The notes under the pieces were generated by a model. The model was not told the origin of the DNA. It was given only the letters and a program-made list of their open reading frames with translations, and did no database searches. This document shows positions 1 to 10,621 of a DNA stretch of 64,000 nt, one piece after another; within the stretch, counting starts at the first letter, position 1; the number at the start of each line of letters is the position of its first letter. Position numbers and translations under genes: made by a program. The stretch is from Abditibacterium sp. GTDB taxonomy: Bacteria > Armatimonadota > Abditibacteriia > Abditibacteriales > Abditibacteriaceae. The stretch is taken from NCBI GenBank assembly GCA_965246705.1, contig CBDFFF010000001.1, forward strand, positions 413,253 to 477,252, in the 5' to 3' direction.

Positions 1-1419
1 TCCCGAAGTGCCCGACGCTTCACGCGGACGCATCGGCGTGTTCAGCCACACATCGGCCCCCGCGATAATCTTGAGCGCCAGATCCATGTCATAGTTCTCC
101 AGAAACACGACTGGAATCTCGCCGCCCAGCGCACGCGCCGCTTCGATGATTTTGTGAATGTTATCTTTGCCCGCGCCGTCTTTGGGGTGAGCCTTGCCCG
201 CATAAATAATTTGCAGCTTGCCGCTCGCCACTTCCAACAGCCGCTTCACGTCGCGGAATAGCAAATCAGCGCGCTTGTACGGCGTCGCGCGCCGAGCGAA
301 GCCTATGGTCAATTTATCCGGCGACATGCCAATGCCCGTGCGCTGTTTTACTTCCGCCAACAACTCGCGCTTGCACGTCTGGTGTGTCTCCCACACCACC
401 GAATCGGGCACATTGTCCACGCGCACGAACAGTTCCGGCTCCAGGCTCCAGCCGGGAATATAGCGGTCAAAAACAGCTTCCCAGAGCGGATGTGTCCACG
501 TCCGCGAGTGAACCCCGTTGGTAATCGAGCGAATATCGTAGCCGGGAAACATGTTGCGCGACACTTCGCCGTGCTTCTTCGCCACGCCGTTGTGGAAATC
601 GCTCAAATTCAGCGCGAGCGTGGACATGTTCAGTTGGTCATGCTCATTGCCAAAGCGCTTGAAGTCGGGCATCGGGAAATAATCGCCCAGCACTTCGCCA
701 ACCATATCCCACGGAAAGCGGTCATGACCAGCCTCGACGGGAGTGTGCGTTGTAAATATGCACCGGTCTTTGACGCTTTGCGTATCCCATACCAAATTCT
801 CGTCCCACACGTCCTCAATGTTCTTTTTGCTCTTGAGCAAAAGTTCCAGCACCAGAAACGCGGCGTGCCCCTCGTTCATGTGATATTTTTCGGGCGTGAA
901 TCCGAGCGCCGCCAGCATCCGCGTGCCCCCGATGCCCAGAATAACTTCCTGTTTCAAGCGATAACGGTTGTCGCCGCCATAGAGGTGGTAGGTAAGCCCT
1001 CGGTCCCAGTCGTGATTCTCAGGCACATCCGAATCGAGAAAAATCATCGGTAGCACGTGTCCGGCTTCGCCTTGCAAGTTGTAACGCCACGCCCGCAAAT
1101 GCACGTCGCGCCCATCAAGGTTCACCTTGACGCGCGCATCCTGAAGCACGAAACCCTTCTCCGCGAAGTCCCAATACACGGCCTCTTCGCTCTGCCAGCC
1201 GTCCATATCGAGATGCTGGCGAAAATAACCGCGATTATAAAGCAGCGAACAGGCAACGACTGGAACACCCAGGTCAGCGGCACTTTTCAGGGTATCGCCC
1301 GCCAACACGCCAAGCCCGCCCGAATAGGTGGGAATGTCGCTGCGAAAACCGATCTCCATCGAGTAATAAGCAATGCGCGGCGCGTTTGTTTTCGCCGAAA
1401 TGATAGGATTGGAAGCCAT
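1..1419 (-). CDS. glgP: alpha-glucan (glycogen) phosphorylase, 3'-truncated by window edge
   Basis: Not in the ORF track; translated by hand from ATG at 1419: MASNPIISAKTNAPRIAYYSMEIGFRSDIPTYSGGLGVLAGDTLKSAADLG...HMNEGHAAF...FTTHTPVEAGHD...TIGFARRATPYKRADLLF...GKAHPKD...VFLENYDMDLALKIIAGADVWLNTPMRPREASGTSG. These are classic GT35 phosphorylase motifs. Confidence 0.95.
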   Translation of the reverse strand, partial: MASNPIISAKTNAPRIAYYSMEIGFRSDIPTYSGGLGVLAGDTLKSAADLGVPVVACSLLYNRGYFRQHLDMDGWQSEEAVYWDFAEKGFVLQDARVKVNLDGRDVHLRAWRYNLQGEAGHVLPMIFLDSDVPENHDWDRGLTYHLYGGDNRYRLKQEVILGIGGTRMLAALGFTPEKYHMNEGHAAFLVLELLLKSKKNIEDVWDENLVWDTQSVKDRCIFTTHTPVEAGHDRFPWDMVGEVLGDYFPMPDFKRFGNEHDQLNMSTLALNLSDFHNGVAKKHGEVSRNMFPGYDIRSITNGVHSRTWTHPLWEAVFDRYIPGWSLEPELFVRVDNVPDSVVWETHQTCKRELLAEVKQRTGIGMSPDKLTIGFARRATPYKRADLLFRDVKRLLEVASGKLQIIYAGKAHPKDGAGKDNIHKIIEAARALGGEIPVVFLENYDMDLALKIIAGADVWLNTPMRPREASGTSG

Positions 1420-1538
1420 AAAAGCGCTATGGTTTGAACAAAAATGAGGCGAACCGCAAGAGCAATTTACCAATGGGATTAAACGGTTGCGGAAATCGGG
1501 CCACGCGGCGCACAAATTGAACTTAAACTGCCCGCCTC

Positions 1539-2132
1539 ATGAAGAGCCTCATCGGGCGCTTCCCCTTCTTCCCCGCCGCGCGCGCCAAAACTCTCGATGC
1601 GCCGCTCCCCTCCGCGTCTGCTCCTGCCCGCCAATGGCCCACACCCGTCCTGCGCTGGGTTGGCGCCGAAAAAAACATCGCCCTGCGCGCCTTCGATTGG
1701 GAACACGACGCCGACTTTATCTGTGGCTGGCAACGCGAAACCTACGCCATTAATTTCCCTGACTTCAAACTCTCTCTCGAATTCTCCGGCGCCTTCCGCC
1801 ACGATCTGCGCCGCGCCTTTCTCGACGGTAACCACGCCCTCTGGATGCTCGACGACCCCAATTCCTCGGCCTGCGGCTTTATCTGGGTGGTTCTCTGTAC
1901 CAACTCATGGACGAACGAGCGCTACGGCTACGTCAATAATGTTTTCATCGAAAGCTCCCATCGCGGCCAGCATCTCGGCGAAGAACTCCTCGACCACGCG
2001 GCGGGTTGGTTCCGTTCCCGCAAAGTCGAAAAACTCCGCCTCACCGTCACCGGCTCCAACTCCTCGGCGGTGCGCCTCTACGAACGCACCGGCTTCATAG
2101 TCGAACGCCTCGAAATGGAACGCGAATTATAA
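1539..2132 (+). CDS. GNAT family N-acetyltransferase
   Basis: GYVNNVFIESSHRGQHLGEELL (acetyl-CoA motif A) and NSSAVRLYERTGF (motif B). Confidence 0.85.
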   Translation: MKSLIGRFPFFPAARAKTLDAPLPSASAPARQWPTPVLRWVGAEKNIALRAFDWEHDADFICGWQRETYAINFPDFKLSLEFSGAFRHDLRRAFLDGNHALWMLDDPNSSACGFIWVVLCTNSWTNERYGYVNNVFIESSHRGQHLGEELLDHAAGWFRSRKVEKLRLTVTGSNSSAVRLYERTGFIVERLEMEREL

Positions 2133-2202
2133 AGCGTTTGTCAGATGAGTTGATCGTCAGGGTAAGGGGGAAAAGTCACATGATCCTGAGCCAGAGTAGG
2201 CC

Positions 2203-2315
2203 TAGAGCAACCGCGTCATCCTGAGCCTGTGAAGGATCTACACCCCCCCATTTCAGAAACAGTTCCAATTATATGAATAAGCCACGCAGCCTCATCTTCA
2301 CTAAAAGCTGCTACA
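2203..2315 (+). mobile_element. MITE-like dispersed element, copy A (TAGAGC...GCTCTA family with CGTCATCCTGAGC..AAGGATCT core)
   Basis: TAGAGCAACCGCGTCATCCTGAGCCTGTGAAGGATCT matches copies at 20448, 52300 and 53452; the right end is degenerate. Confidence 0.6.
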
Positions 2316-2452
2316 GTCGATAAATTGGCATTACACGTCGCTCTCCGAACCCATCATTTTGCACGAAGCTCAATAGATGATTAGCAACTCAACGCCGAAA
2401 TTCAAACGCTAAAGAAGAGTGGGCATTGGATGAAGGAGAGGGGCGCCTCTTC

Positions 2453-2566
<114 letters not shown>

Positions 2567-2583
2567 TTTCGCACCAAACCCTT

Positions 2584-4791
2584 TTACAGCGGAGTCGCAT
2601 TCACCTTCGTCCAGGGACTAAACGCGCCGACAGCATGGACTTTGACTTTGCGTTTCCAAATCTTGTCCACCGAAAACGCATACAGCGTATCCAAATCGCG
2701 TCCCCCCAGACACACGCCCATGACACGGCTGGTGTCCGGCAACGGCAGAATCACCTGTGTCGGCCCATCGTCCGCACAAACCTGAATACCCCAGCGCGTC
2801 GCCACAAACATCTGCCCCTCTCTGGCATAGCAAATGGCCTCGGCCCCGGCATCGTCCTCCCAATCGGCGACATGCAACCAGAAAAAGCGTTCTTTATGCT
2901 GTAGGCTCCCATCCGCATTGATCTGATAACTGTAAGCCCATTTGGAGTGTCCATCGGCAACCGACAAAAGCCACTGGTCGGGACGATAAGCTAGCCCGGT
3001 GGCGAATTTCAATCCCGAATCCACTAGAGTTTTTTTGCCGTCTTTGACAAACCAGATTTGCCCATTGTCTCCGTTCTTATCCCCCGGACCAGTCACATAA
3101 AGTCCACCCTTGGGCAACGCCAGAACGTATTTTCCGCGAATACCATCGGCGACAAGATGCCCTTTGCCCGTCTGGTCATAACTCATAATTTTTCCGGTCT
3201 GGCTCGACACCGCATAAAGTTCCCCTTGCGGCCCAAAGGAAAGGCTATTGGCATGCGCCGCATCAGCGATAAATACGCCGACCTTCCCGTCGAGATCAAC
3301 GCGATAAATGCTGTTATCTTCCGTAAAAAATACCTCACCCTTGGCGTTGCAAGTCGCCCCTCTGGGGGCATGGCGCCCCTGAGCCACGGGCTGCCACCTC
3401 TCATCGGGCAACAAGATGTCACGCGCACGCGGCGCGCTGGCCCCCGCTTGTATCGGTTGGGGCCACCCTTTCCACAGGTAACTCATCGCCTCTCGCCAGT
3501 AGTCGTAATACCCCGCGACGTGCCCGCCGTTGATAATGCGGAAAAAGGTGTCGTAGCCCGAAAATTTCAGCGCCTTGTCCATTTCCTGGTCAAGCAAAAA
3601 CCAATCTCCGGCGGCATTCTCCATATCGTGGGTGCCAGTAGTCAGGTACACACGGATGGGTTTGGCCTCGAACTTCCGCACCAGCGTAGGAAACTCGTGT
3701 CCGCCGCGAAACGCGACAAAACTCCCGCTATTGGCATAAACGCGGCTAAAAAGGTCGGGACGCTCCCACGCGGCATTAAAGGCGGTGATGCCGCCGCTAC
3801 TGCCTCCCGCGATACAACGATCATTGCCGCTATTCGATAATTTCAGGTTGAATTTCTGAGCGACAAACGGCAACATCTCTTCGGTCAGGAAGCGCACATT
3901 GTTATCGCCCATGCCGTCGTACTCAAAGTCCCGGTTGCGGCGTCCGAGGGTATCGCTCATTGGGGATGGCACGTCGCCAGAAGGAACAAAAATCCCGATG
4001 GTGATGGGCATCTCCTTGGTGGCGATCATCGTTTCCAACAGCTCTTTTTCTCTGGGATTGTAGCCGTCGGTTTTGACATACACGCAAGCGGGCTTCAAGC
4101 CATCATATTGCGCGGGGATGAAAACGGCGCCATCGCGCACGGTGCCGGGAAAAATACGACTTCCCGAAAACGAAAAAGTCTTTATCTCGCCCTGGGGAAT
4201 ATCTTCAGGCTTGATGGCGGGCGGCACATACGTCGTGTCGGGAGCGTTGTTATCGCTGGTAGGGATGATGGTGCCCGCCAACGGCTTGACCTGCCACTGC
4301 AAATGCGAGTCACCCGCAGTATTCTCCCAGATGTCAATCTTGGCTCTAGGCTCTGCGATACCCGCGAAATGATCGAGGGCCGTACCGGGAGAGTGTCTGG
4401 GAATGAGATTGAAAGCCCCACCATCGCTCCGCTTAAGCGCCCACTGTTGCCATGGCTGGTTCTGGTCGCTTTCAAGCACAACTGCTGCCCCACTGTTAGT
4501 TCCACCGCCAGCCACCGATAGCACGAGCGTAGAACTATAAGAGGGTTTGATCGCATAGAAATCATCGCCTTTGGGAACGATAAACCACTTCTGGTTGGGT
4601 GTTCCTGTTGGCTTGCCGATGGAGACGGGCGTGCCGTCAGTCGTCCCCGATTGCACAGCTTCAAGCACGAACGCTGTTCCATTGACTGGAACCAGACTGT
4701 AAGCTCCCCAATCTCCTTGCGCCTCACCTTTCGCGCCGAAAACAAAGGTACAGGCGAGCATCGCGAGACCAATGAACTGAATGGTTTGCAT
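2584..4791 (-). CDS. secreted multidomain protein: ricin-B lectin + alpha/beta-hydrolase esterase + SMP-30/gluconolactonase beta-propeller
   Basis: Signal peptide; QxW ricin repeats (NQKW, WQQW, HLQW); esterase nucleophile AGGSSGG and C-terminal GGH; SMP-30 motifs (FATGLAYRPDQWLLSVAD, LGGRDLDTLY). Confidence 0.8.
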   Translation of the reverse strand: MQTIQFIGLAMLACTFVFGAKGEAQGDWGAYSLVPVNGTAFVLEAVQSGTTDGTPVSIGKPTGTPNQKWFIVPKGDDFYAIKPSYSSTLVLSVAGGGTNSGAAVVLESDQNQPWQQWALKRSDGGAFNLIPRHSPGTALDHFAGIAEPRAKIDIWENTAGDSHLQWQVKPLAGTIIPTSDNNAPDTTYVPPAIKPEDIPQGEIKTFSFSGSRIFPGTVRDGAVFIPAQYDGLKPACVYVKTDGYNPREKELLETMIATKEMPITIGIFVPSGDVPSPMSDTLGRRNRDFEYDGMGDNNVRFLTEEMLPFVAQKFNLKLSNSGNDRCIAGGSSGGITAFNAAWERPDLFSRVYANSGSFVAFRGGHEFPTLVRKFEAKPIRVYLTTGTHDMENAAGDWFLLDQEMDKALKFSGYDTFFRIINGGHVAGYYDYWREAMSYLWKGWPQPIQAGASAPRARDILLPDERWQPVAQGRHAPRGATCNAKGEVFFTEDNSIYRVDLDGKVGVFIADAAHANSLSFGPQGELYAVSSQTGKIMSYDQTGKGHLVADGIRGKYVLALPKGGLYVTGPGDKNGDNGQIWFVKDGKKTLVDSGLKFATGLAYRPDQWLLSVADGHSKWAYSYQINADGSLQHKERFFWLHVADWEDDAGAEAICYAREGQMFVATRWGIQVCADDGPTQVILPLPDTSRVMGVCLGGRDLDTLYAFSVDKIWKRKVKVHAVGAFSPWTKVNATPL

Positions 4792-4865
4792 GGATAATTC
4801 TCTTCTGCCCTCTCAATGCGAGGATGCCCTGTAAATTAACCCCGAAAAAAGAAGGCTTTCCAGTT

Positions 4866-7460
4866 TCACGCTGGCAATTTGGCGCGAAAATTAAAGCGGT
4901 CATTGGGCGCGGCATCGCCATGCAGCGAAAAATCTCGCCATGTATGGTCGTCTTCACAGTTGTCCGTCCATTTGAAGTCAACGGCGCGCGGATTCTCGAC
5001 CCCGGTAAAAACAAGATTGCGCGGCACCGAAAATTCAATTTCTCGCGCCCCGATTTTTCGAGCCACCGCCGCAATCTTCGTCCAACCGTGGGCGCTATAT
5101 TGTTGTAACTCGTTGCCACGCACTCGCAGGTCATAACCCATCCACCCCGTCGAAGCTTTGCAGTCGGTATCGAGATAAAGCGTCATCCAATCGCCCGCGA
5201 CCGGGCTCGTCAGTTTGTCCTGCGTTTGCACATAGAAATACAGGTTGCGAGCGTCGAACGCGACCTTGGCGCTGCGAATGTCGTTGCGCCCTGTGTTATC
5301 CACATAATGACGCTGCCATGCCCAACTCCAGGCGTCGCGGTGAGCGGTATCGCCCAGCGTATCGCGAAATTCTGGCCCGACCCCATTCCACGCCGAGAAA
5401 TCGCCGTTGAATGCAATGGTTTTTGGCGAAATCGGCGCCAGTGGCCGCACTCCCTTAAAGCGGCGAATACCAGCGACCATCTGGTAATAATAGTTGTCGG
5501 AAAGTCCGGCTTTATCTGCGTCATTCTTCGTGGGTTCGAGGTCGCGCGAGAACTCGCTGTTGTACTCGTCGATTAAAAAAGCATCGTTTTTAGTCAAGAC
5601 GCGCCCGTCGAAATTCTGTCCTTCACTCGCCGCGTAAGCTCCCGCAATCCATTCGTTCCACTGGGTAATGAACAAGAATTCGGGATCGACCTGCGGCACC
5701 CGCTTCCATTGCTCGGCAAATTGGAGCCCCAATTCGGGATGTTGATTGGCCTTGCCCGGTTCAACTGCGCCGGCCATGCTTCGTCCTTTATTGGTCGAAG
5801 CATGATGCCCCGCCGTCACCACCAGTTGTTCGGGTTTGGCCGCATCTTCGTGCCAGCCGTAGCCCTGCGGTGTTTCGGCCAGCCATGGCCATTTGTCTTT
5901 GCCATCGCCGAACCAGCCATGCGGGTCAGTCCACGCCCAACTCGTCCGCAAACTGTATTTGGCGGCCAGTTCCGGTTTCACCTGTGTCGCGTCCGCCAAC
6001 ACCAGCGGTTTGCCCTTCCAGTTGAACCACAAATCGCGATAAAGTCCGGCGTCGTAAAAACGCTTGGAAACATCGGGAAAGCCATACTCGCTGGAAGCCC
6101 AGAACAAATGCGCGATGCTCGGCGTTTTTTGCCCGCTTTGGCGCATGCTTTCCAGCAAATCGGCATGGTTCAGCCACTCCGACCAATAGTAGGCGTCGTT
6201 CGATGTGTCATAGATGAGTGTGTCAACCCCAGCATCCGCCAGCATCTGAGCGTGCTTACGCAATACCCAACGGTCAGAAGAGTTGTAATAGCCGAACAGC
6301 GGTTCGTCCCACCAGTTGGTCGCCCGCGCAAACTGCGGTTTGTCGGGGTGCGCCAGAAGTTCGTCCGTCACGTTGAAAACCGGCTGCTGCAATCGCAAAG
6401 CGATGCGGCTGTGCGTTGACTGCCAGATGTAATAGAAAATCCCGACTGTTTTGTTGGGGCGTGGCCCCCCCACATCCTCGTAAGTGGGAAGCGCTCTCCC
6501 CAATCCATCGGTCGCGACCCAGGTATCGGAAAACGTGTCCCACAACGGCGCTTTCGGCGCCACAACTGGAGCGCTAATCGCAATAGAGAGCGCGTTAGAA
6601 ACCGTCGGGCTAGGCGTCAGCCGCCCATCATCGCGCAATTTGTCATGATTTTCTAAGCCAGGCCATTTGGCGGGTGTAATGATGTACCCCGACAGCGTTC
6701 CCAGCACCTTGACTGGCGAACCTCCCTCGCTACGAGCGGGCCACGCGGGGGGCGCCTCATTCCAAAACTTCCAACTCCCATCCGAGATGATGGCACTGTT
6801 ATCGGCGTCCACATGCGCCACGAAACTCGCGGGGCCAGTGCCATTATGCGCCATGACCGAAATCACATTCTCCCCGGCTCGTAATAGTGCCGCCACATCC
6901 ACAGGAGCCGCGTCATTCCAACCCATCGTCTTGCTCACTTCATTCCCGTTCACAAAAACCTGAGCATCGTCATCAGCAGCAATATATAGCGTGCCTCGCT
7001 TCGGTTTCGCGGCCAAATCAAATGTCTTTTGCAACCAGATGCTCTGCCCATCGCTCACTTCGGACGCCCAGATCCACCGTTCAGCCGGTTCCGTGTTCTC
7101 ACTGGCGAGAATCCATTTGCCGCCCCCATCTTTTTCCACGATGTCGAATTGAACAACTGCCTTCGCCGTATCGAACAGCGGCAAGAAAGTCGAAGCGCGT
7201 CCGTTGGCCCCAGTAACTATCGGGTCACCAAAGCGCTGCCCATTGACATAAGGCACCAGAAGCGCGCCGCCCACAGGCTTGCCGTTTTGCATCACTTGCG
7301 CCGAAATCAACACTGTCCGCCCCGCCGCAACGGTTTTCTTCTCACTCGTAATCCGCACCTGAGGCGAATTTTGCGCCCGCACCCCCGAAATCGGAATCGA
7401 AAGCAAAAAGGCGCATAACGCGCCTTTGATGAGTTCACGCCGCAGAATCTGAGTTTTCAT
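4866..7460 (-). CDS. secreted GH99/GH71-like TIM-barrel glycoside hydrolase with N-terminal jelly-roll sugar-binding domain
   Basis: Signal peptide; LYIAADDDAQVFVNG...LLRAGENVISV jelly-roll signature; VGIFYYIW, WWDEPLFGYY, RKHAQMLADAGVD and FLFITQWNEW motifs. Confidence 0.65.
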   Translation of the reverse strand: MKTQILRRELIKGALCAFLLSIPISGVRAQNSPQVRITSEKKTVAAGRTVLISAQVMQNGKPVGGALLVPYVNGQRFGDPIVTGANGRASTFLPLFDTAKAVVQFDIVEKDGGGKWILASENTEPAERWIWASEVSDGQSIWLQKTFDLAAKPKRGTLYIAADDDAQVFVNGNEVSKTMGWNDAAPVDVAALLRAGENVISVMAHNGTGPASFVAHVDADNSAIISDGSWKFWNEAPPAWPARSEGGSPVKVLGTLSGYIITPAKWPGLENHDKLRDDGRLTPSPTVSNALSIAISAPVVAPKAPLWDTFSDTWVATDGLGRALPTYEDVGGPRPNKTVGIFYYIWQSTHSRIALRLQQPVFNVTDELLAHPDKPQFARATNWWDEPLFGYYNSSDRWVLRKHAQMLADAGVDTLIYDTSNDAYYWSEWLNHADLLESMRQSGQKTPSIAHLFWASSEYGFPDVSKRFYDAGLYRDLWFNWKGKPLVLADATQVKPELAAKYSLRTSWAWTDPHGWFGDGKDKWPWLAETPQGYGWHEDAAKPEQLVVTAGHHASTNKGRSMAGAVEPGKANQHPELGLQFAEQWKRVPQVDPEFLFITQWNEWIAGAYAASEGQNFDGRVLTKNDAFLIDEYNSEFSRDLEPTKNDADKAGLSDNYYYQMVAGIRRFKGVRPLAPISPKTIAFNGDFSAWNGVGPEFRDTLGDTAHRDAWSWAWQRHYVDNTGRNDIRSAKVAFDARNLYFYVQTQDKLTSPVAGDWMTLYLDTDCKASTGWMGYDLRVRGNELQQYSAHGWTKIAAVARKIGAREIEFSVPRNLVFTGVENPRAVDFKWTDNCEDDHTWRDFSLHGDAAPNDRFNFRAKLPA

Positions 7461-7571
7461 GTTTTAAATCAATGCAGGACTACAATAGTTATCCCGGTAT
7501 TATTGGAAATTGGAAACAACAGGCTATAGAGCATTCCTCGGACGGGATAGTTGCTATCTAAAAAGCACCCA

Positions 7572-8102
7572 TTAAACAGACCGCTCATTACCCATATTCC
7601 AATCGTCCGGCAAATTCACATCGCAACGCGAACACACGAACCACTCGTCTTTCACCACATTAAGTTCCCCGCAGTGTTCGCAGCGCCGAAACTCAAAAGC
7701 ACTCGTCCAGCCCGCAGGATGAGATAATCCCGCCGCATCCAGAGCGCGTTCGAGGGCATCCCACGACGAAACACGCGGACAAAAGCCCGTCGATTGATTC
7801 GTTGCCCCGACAACCGTAGCCCTATTCCCACCGACCTTAAATTCAAGCTCACCTGCCGTCCGAACGTGCCCTCCACTCGCACAGGCGACATGCTCGCTCC
7901 GCCGATCTGCAATCCACAACTTGCCCTCCACGTCCACAACAAACGTCGCCACCAACTCCCCGCGTGGTTGCGTTTGCACCCACGGCCAAACATCCTCCGG
8001 TGCCTGAATCAGAAACCGCGCCGTCTGGTTCGCATGAGCAAGCAATTCCGCTGGCCCCACGTACTCATAAACCCTCTTTTTAAATCCCTCTGTGCTTCTC
8101 AT
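7572..8102 (-). CDS. conserved hypothetical protein with C-terminal zinc ribbon (CxxC...CxxC); possible ART-like fold
   Basis: SEHVACASGGHVRTAGE...NQSTGFCP core; CEHC and CSRC pairs. Start codon uncertain. Confidence 0.7.
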   Translation of the reverse strand: MRSTEGFKKRVYEYVGPAELLAHANQTARFLIQAPEDVWPWVQTQPRGELVATFVVDVEGKLWIADRRSEHVACASGGHVRTAGELEFKVGGNRATVVGATNQSTGFCPRVSSWDALERALDAAGLSHPAGWTSAFEFRRCEHCGELNVVKDEWFVCSRCDVNLPDDWNMGNERSV

Positions 8103-8161
8103 GTTCCTCCGTGTCCTCTGTGTTTAAAATGCACCCACGAGTCGTTTGCTAAATTCCTTAC

Positions 8162-8983
8162 GTGCCTTTGACCTCGCAAACGCTGAAGGGCGTTTCGACT
8201 TTTATATTTGACCTGGATGGCGTGATCTGGCGCGGCGAATCCCCTATCGAAGGAGCCGCCGCATCCGTTGAACAGCTAAAACGCCTCGGTAAGCGCTGCT
8301 TTTTCGCGACGAATAACTCCTCGCGTGCCCCCCAGTGGTTCGTAGACCGTCTGCAAAACATGGGAATTCATGCCGGTCCCGAAGAAGTCGTCACCAGTGC
8401 GACCGCGACCGCATCCTATGTCGCCCGCCACTTTTCTAACCCCCGCATCTTCGTCGTCGGCGAAGAGGGCGTGCAACATTTACTGCGAGGCGTCGGCGCG
8501 CAGGTCTTCACCGTCGAAAACGCGAATTCTACTCAAGAAGTCGAAGTCGTCATCGCGGGCATCGACCGGGCGTTCAACTACGAAAAACTCAAACTGGCCC
8601 AGCAATTCATCCTCAAGGGCGCCCAGTTCATCGCCACGAACCGCGATGCCACCTTCCCTGTCGAAGGCGGTGTCGTCCCCGGCGCGGGTTCCATCGTCGC
8701 CGCCATCGAAACCGCTTCTGGCACGGTGCCAATTTCGATGGGCAAACCCGAACCCACCATGCTCCTCGAAATCCTCGCTGACCACAATTTGCAACCAAGT
8801 GAAGTCGCTATCATCGGCGACCGCCTCGACACCGACATCGCCTGCGGTGCCCGTGCCGGAATCGGCACCATTTTAGTCGGGACTGGCGTCACCCCCCTCG
8901 AAACCGCGCGCCAGGCGAGTGGCGAACAAAAGCCCGATTTGCTCTTTGCCGATTTGCCCGCCATGATGGAGGCGCTCGGCTAA
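8162..8983 (+). CDS. HAD-IIA family hydrolase (NagD-like)
   Basis: FIFDLDGVIW, TNNSS, GKP and IGDRLDTDI motifs. Confidence 0.92.
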   Translation: MPLTSQTLKGVSTFIFDLDGVIWRGESPIEGAAASVEQLKRLGKRCFFATNNSSRAPQWFVDRLQNMGIHAGPEEVVTSATATASYVARHFSNPRIFVVGEEGVQHLLRGVGAQVFTVENANSTQEVEVVIAGIDRAFNYEKLKLAQQFILKGAQFIATNRDATFPVEGGVVPGAGSIVAAIETASGTVPISMGKPEPTMLLEILADHNLQPSEVAIIGDRLDTDIACGARAGIGTILVGTGVTPLETARQASGEQKPDLLFADLPAMMEALG

Positions 8984-8998
8984 AGACCGACTCCGATA

Positions 8999-9790
8999 AT
9001 GCAACGCATCGAAGCGCGCGTATGGACGGCTTTGGCGGGCATTCCCGTCGTTTTACTGCTCGTCGCGGCAGGAGGCTTGTACTTTCGCGGCTTCTGTCTG
9101 TTGCTCGCTCTCCTCGGTCTGCGCGAACTGCAGCGCGCCTTCAAATCGAGCGGTGATTACGGACGCGCGCCCCTTATTGGCGAAGTCGCCTATCCCGCGA
9201 CCGCCTATGCCGTGTGCTTTGGCTTTTCGGCTCTCTGGGCCATCTCGATTCTCGTCTCGTTGGGCATCTTGGCGGTGCTTTTTGGTGGGCGCGAAGGAGA
9301 AAATGGCCCGCGCCTTTCTCTCGCATCCCTCTGCACAACTCTGTTCTGCACCCTTTACGTCTCGCTTTTCGCTCTGCTCTCGCCGCTTCGCTCGCTCGAT
9401 AACGGCAAATGGTTCTGGCTGGTGCTTTTGCTCGTCTGGACGGGTGATACCCTCGCCTATTACGGCGGCAAACGCTTCGGGCGCAACCCTTTGTCGCCTC
9501 TCTCTCCCAAGAAAACTCGCGAAGGTTTTCTCATCGGTCTGCTCGCCACCACTCTGGCCGCTCCCCTGCTGGCCCATCTGTTCGGTTTGCCAACCGACCG
9601 AGCTTTGGTCATGGGCGCAGTCGTGGGCATCGCCGCTCCAGTCGGCGATTTGCTCGAATCATTTCTCAAGCGCGAACTGGGCGTCAAGGATTTAGGGAGT
9701 CTGCTCCCCGGTCACGGAGGCGTGCTGGATAGATGCGATTCTCTCCTGTTTGCCACCTTCACCGCACTTCTTGTCTTAGGAGCGCACTAA
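8999..9790 (+). CDS. cdsA: phosphatidate cytidylyltransferase
   Basis: DTLAYYGGKRFG, LSPKKTREG and GDLLESFLKRELGVKDLGSLLPGHGGVLDRCDS signature. Confidence 0.95.
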   Translation: MQRIEARVWTALAGIPVVLLLVAAGGLYFRGFCLLLALLGLRELQRAFKSSGDYGRAPLIGEVAYPATAYAVCFGFSALWAISILVSLGILAVLFGGREGENGPRLSLASLCTTLFCTLYVSLFALLSPLRSLDNGKWFWLVLLLVWTGDTLAYYGGKRFGRNPLSPLSPKKTREGFLIGLLATTLAAPLLAHLFGLPTDRALVMGAVVGIAAPVGDLLESFLKRELGVKDLGSLLPGHGGVLDRCDSLLFATFTALLVLGAH

Positions 9791-9868
9791 CGTTAACGCA
9801 AATGGGGACATTCTCAACAATTAGATGTTTGAAAATCGGCGAGATGGGGAACACTGTTAGTGTTCCTC

Positions 9869-10606
9869 ATGAAAAGCATATCTTTTTCAAAACAGAAAGC
9901 GTTTACGCTTATAGAATTATTGGTGGTTATCGCCATCATCGCGATCTTGGCCGCCATTCTCTTCCCCGTGTTTGCTCGTGCCCGCGAGAATGCGCGCCGT
10001 TCCTCCTGCCAGAGCAACCTCAAGCAAATTGGCCTGGGTTTAATCCAGTATCAGCAGGATTATGACGAGAAAACCTGCGGCGCTTGGTATGGCCCCGGTG
10101 GATTCCCCGGCACCAATCGCTGGATGGATGTTGTGCAACCCTACTTGAAAAGCCAGCAAATCTTTGTCTGCCCCAGCGCCACAGGCAATCAAACCCAATA
10201 TGCGACTGGCGTGGGCGGAACGGGCAACAACACTCGTTACGGCTCCTACGCTCTTAACGCCGCTTACTGGGATGGTGCCAATGGAGCTAACCAGGGTCCC
10301 GGCAACATCATCTCCATAGCCAGCATCCAGGCTCCTTCCACGACCATCTTGGCCGTGGATAGCGACGGAAGCTTTCAAATCGACTGGCAGTTGCCCGGAA
10401 ATAACCCTACCGTTACCGCCGCCACGCCACGTTACCTCGGCCCTACGGATGCCGATCACCTGCATGGCCCCGCAGTCGAGCGCCACTTGGACACCACATG
10501 CATCTTGTACTGCGATGGCCACGTCAAATCCGTCAAAGTCGATACTTTGATCAAAAAGGACACGACCAACACCTACTACAGCGCCTTCACGCCCACCGAC
10601 GATTGA
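9869..10606 (+). CDS. prepilin-type N-terminal cleavage/methylation protein, DUF1559 / H-X9-DG family (copy 1)
   Basis: [48 protein letters not shown]; C-terminal [16 protein letters not shown]. Confidence 0.92.
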   Translation: MKSISFSKQKAFTLIELLVVIAIIAILAAILFPVFARARENARRSSCQSNLKQIGLGLIQYQQDYDEKTCGAWYGPGGFPGTNRWMDVVQPYLKSQQIFVCPSATGNQTQYATGVGGTGNNTRYGSYALNAAYWDGANGANQGPGNIISIASIQAPSTTILAVDSDGSFQIDWQLPGNNPTVTAATPRYLGPTDADHLHGPAVERHLDTTCILYCDGHVKSVKVDTLIKKDTTNTYYSAFTPTDD

Positions 10607-10621
10607 GCATCACCAAAATTC

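Noticed and set aside
8080-8125. CTCTGTG..CTCCGTGTCCTCTGTG short repeats as a mobile element
   Set aside because: The tract is short and degenerate with no associated gene or defined ends; noted only as a probable repeat remnant.
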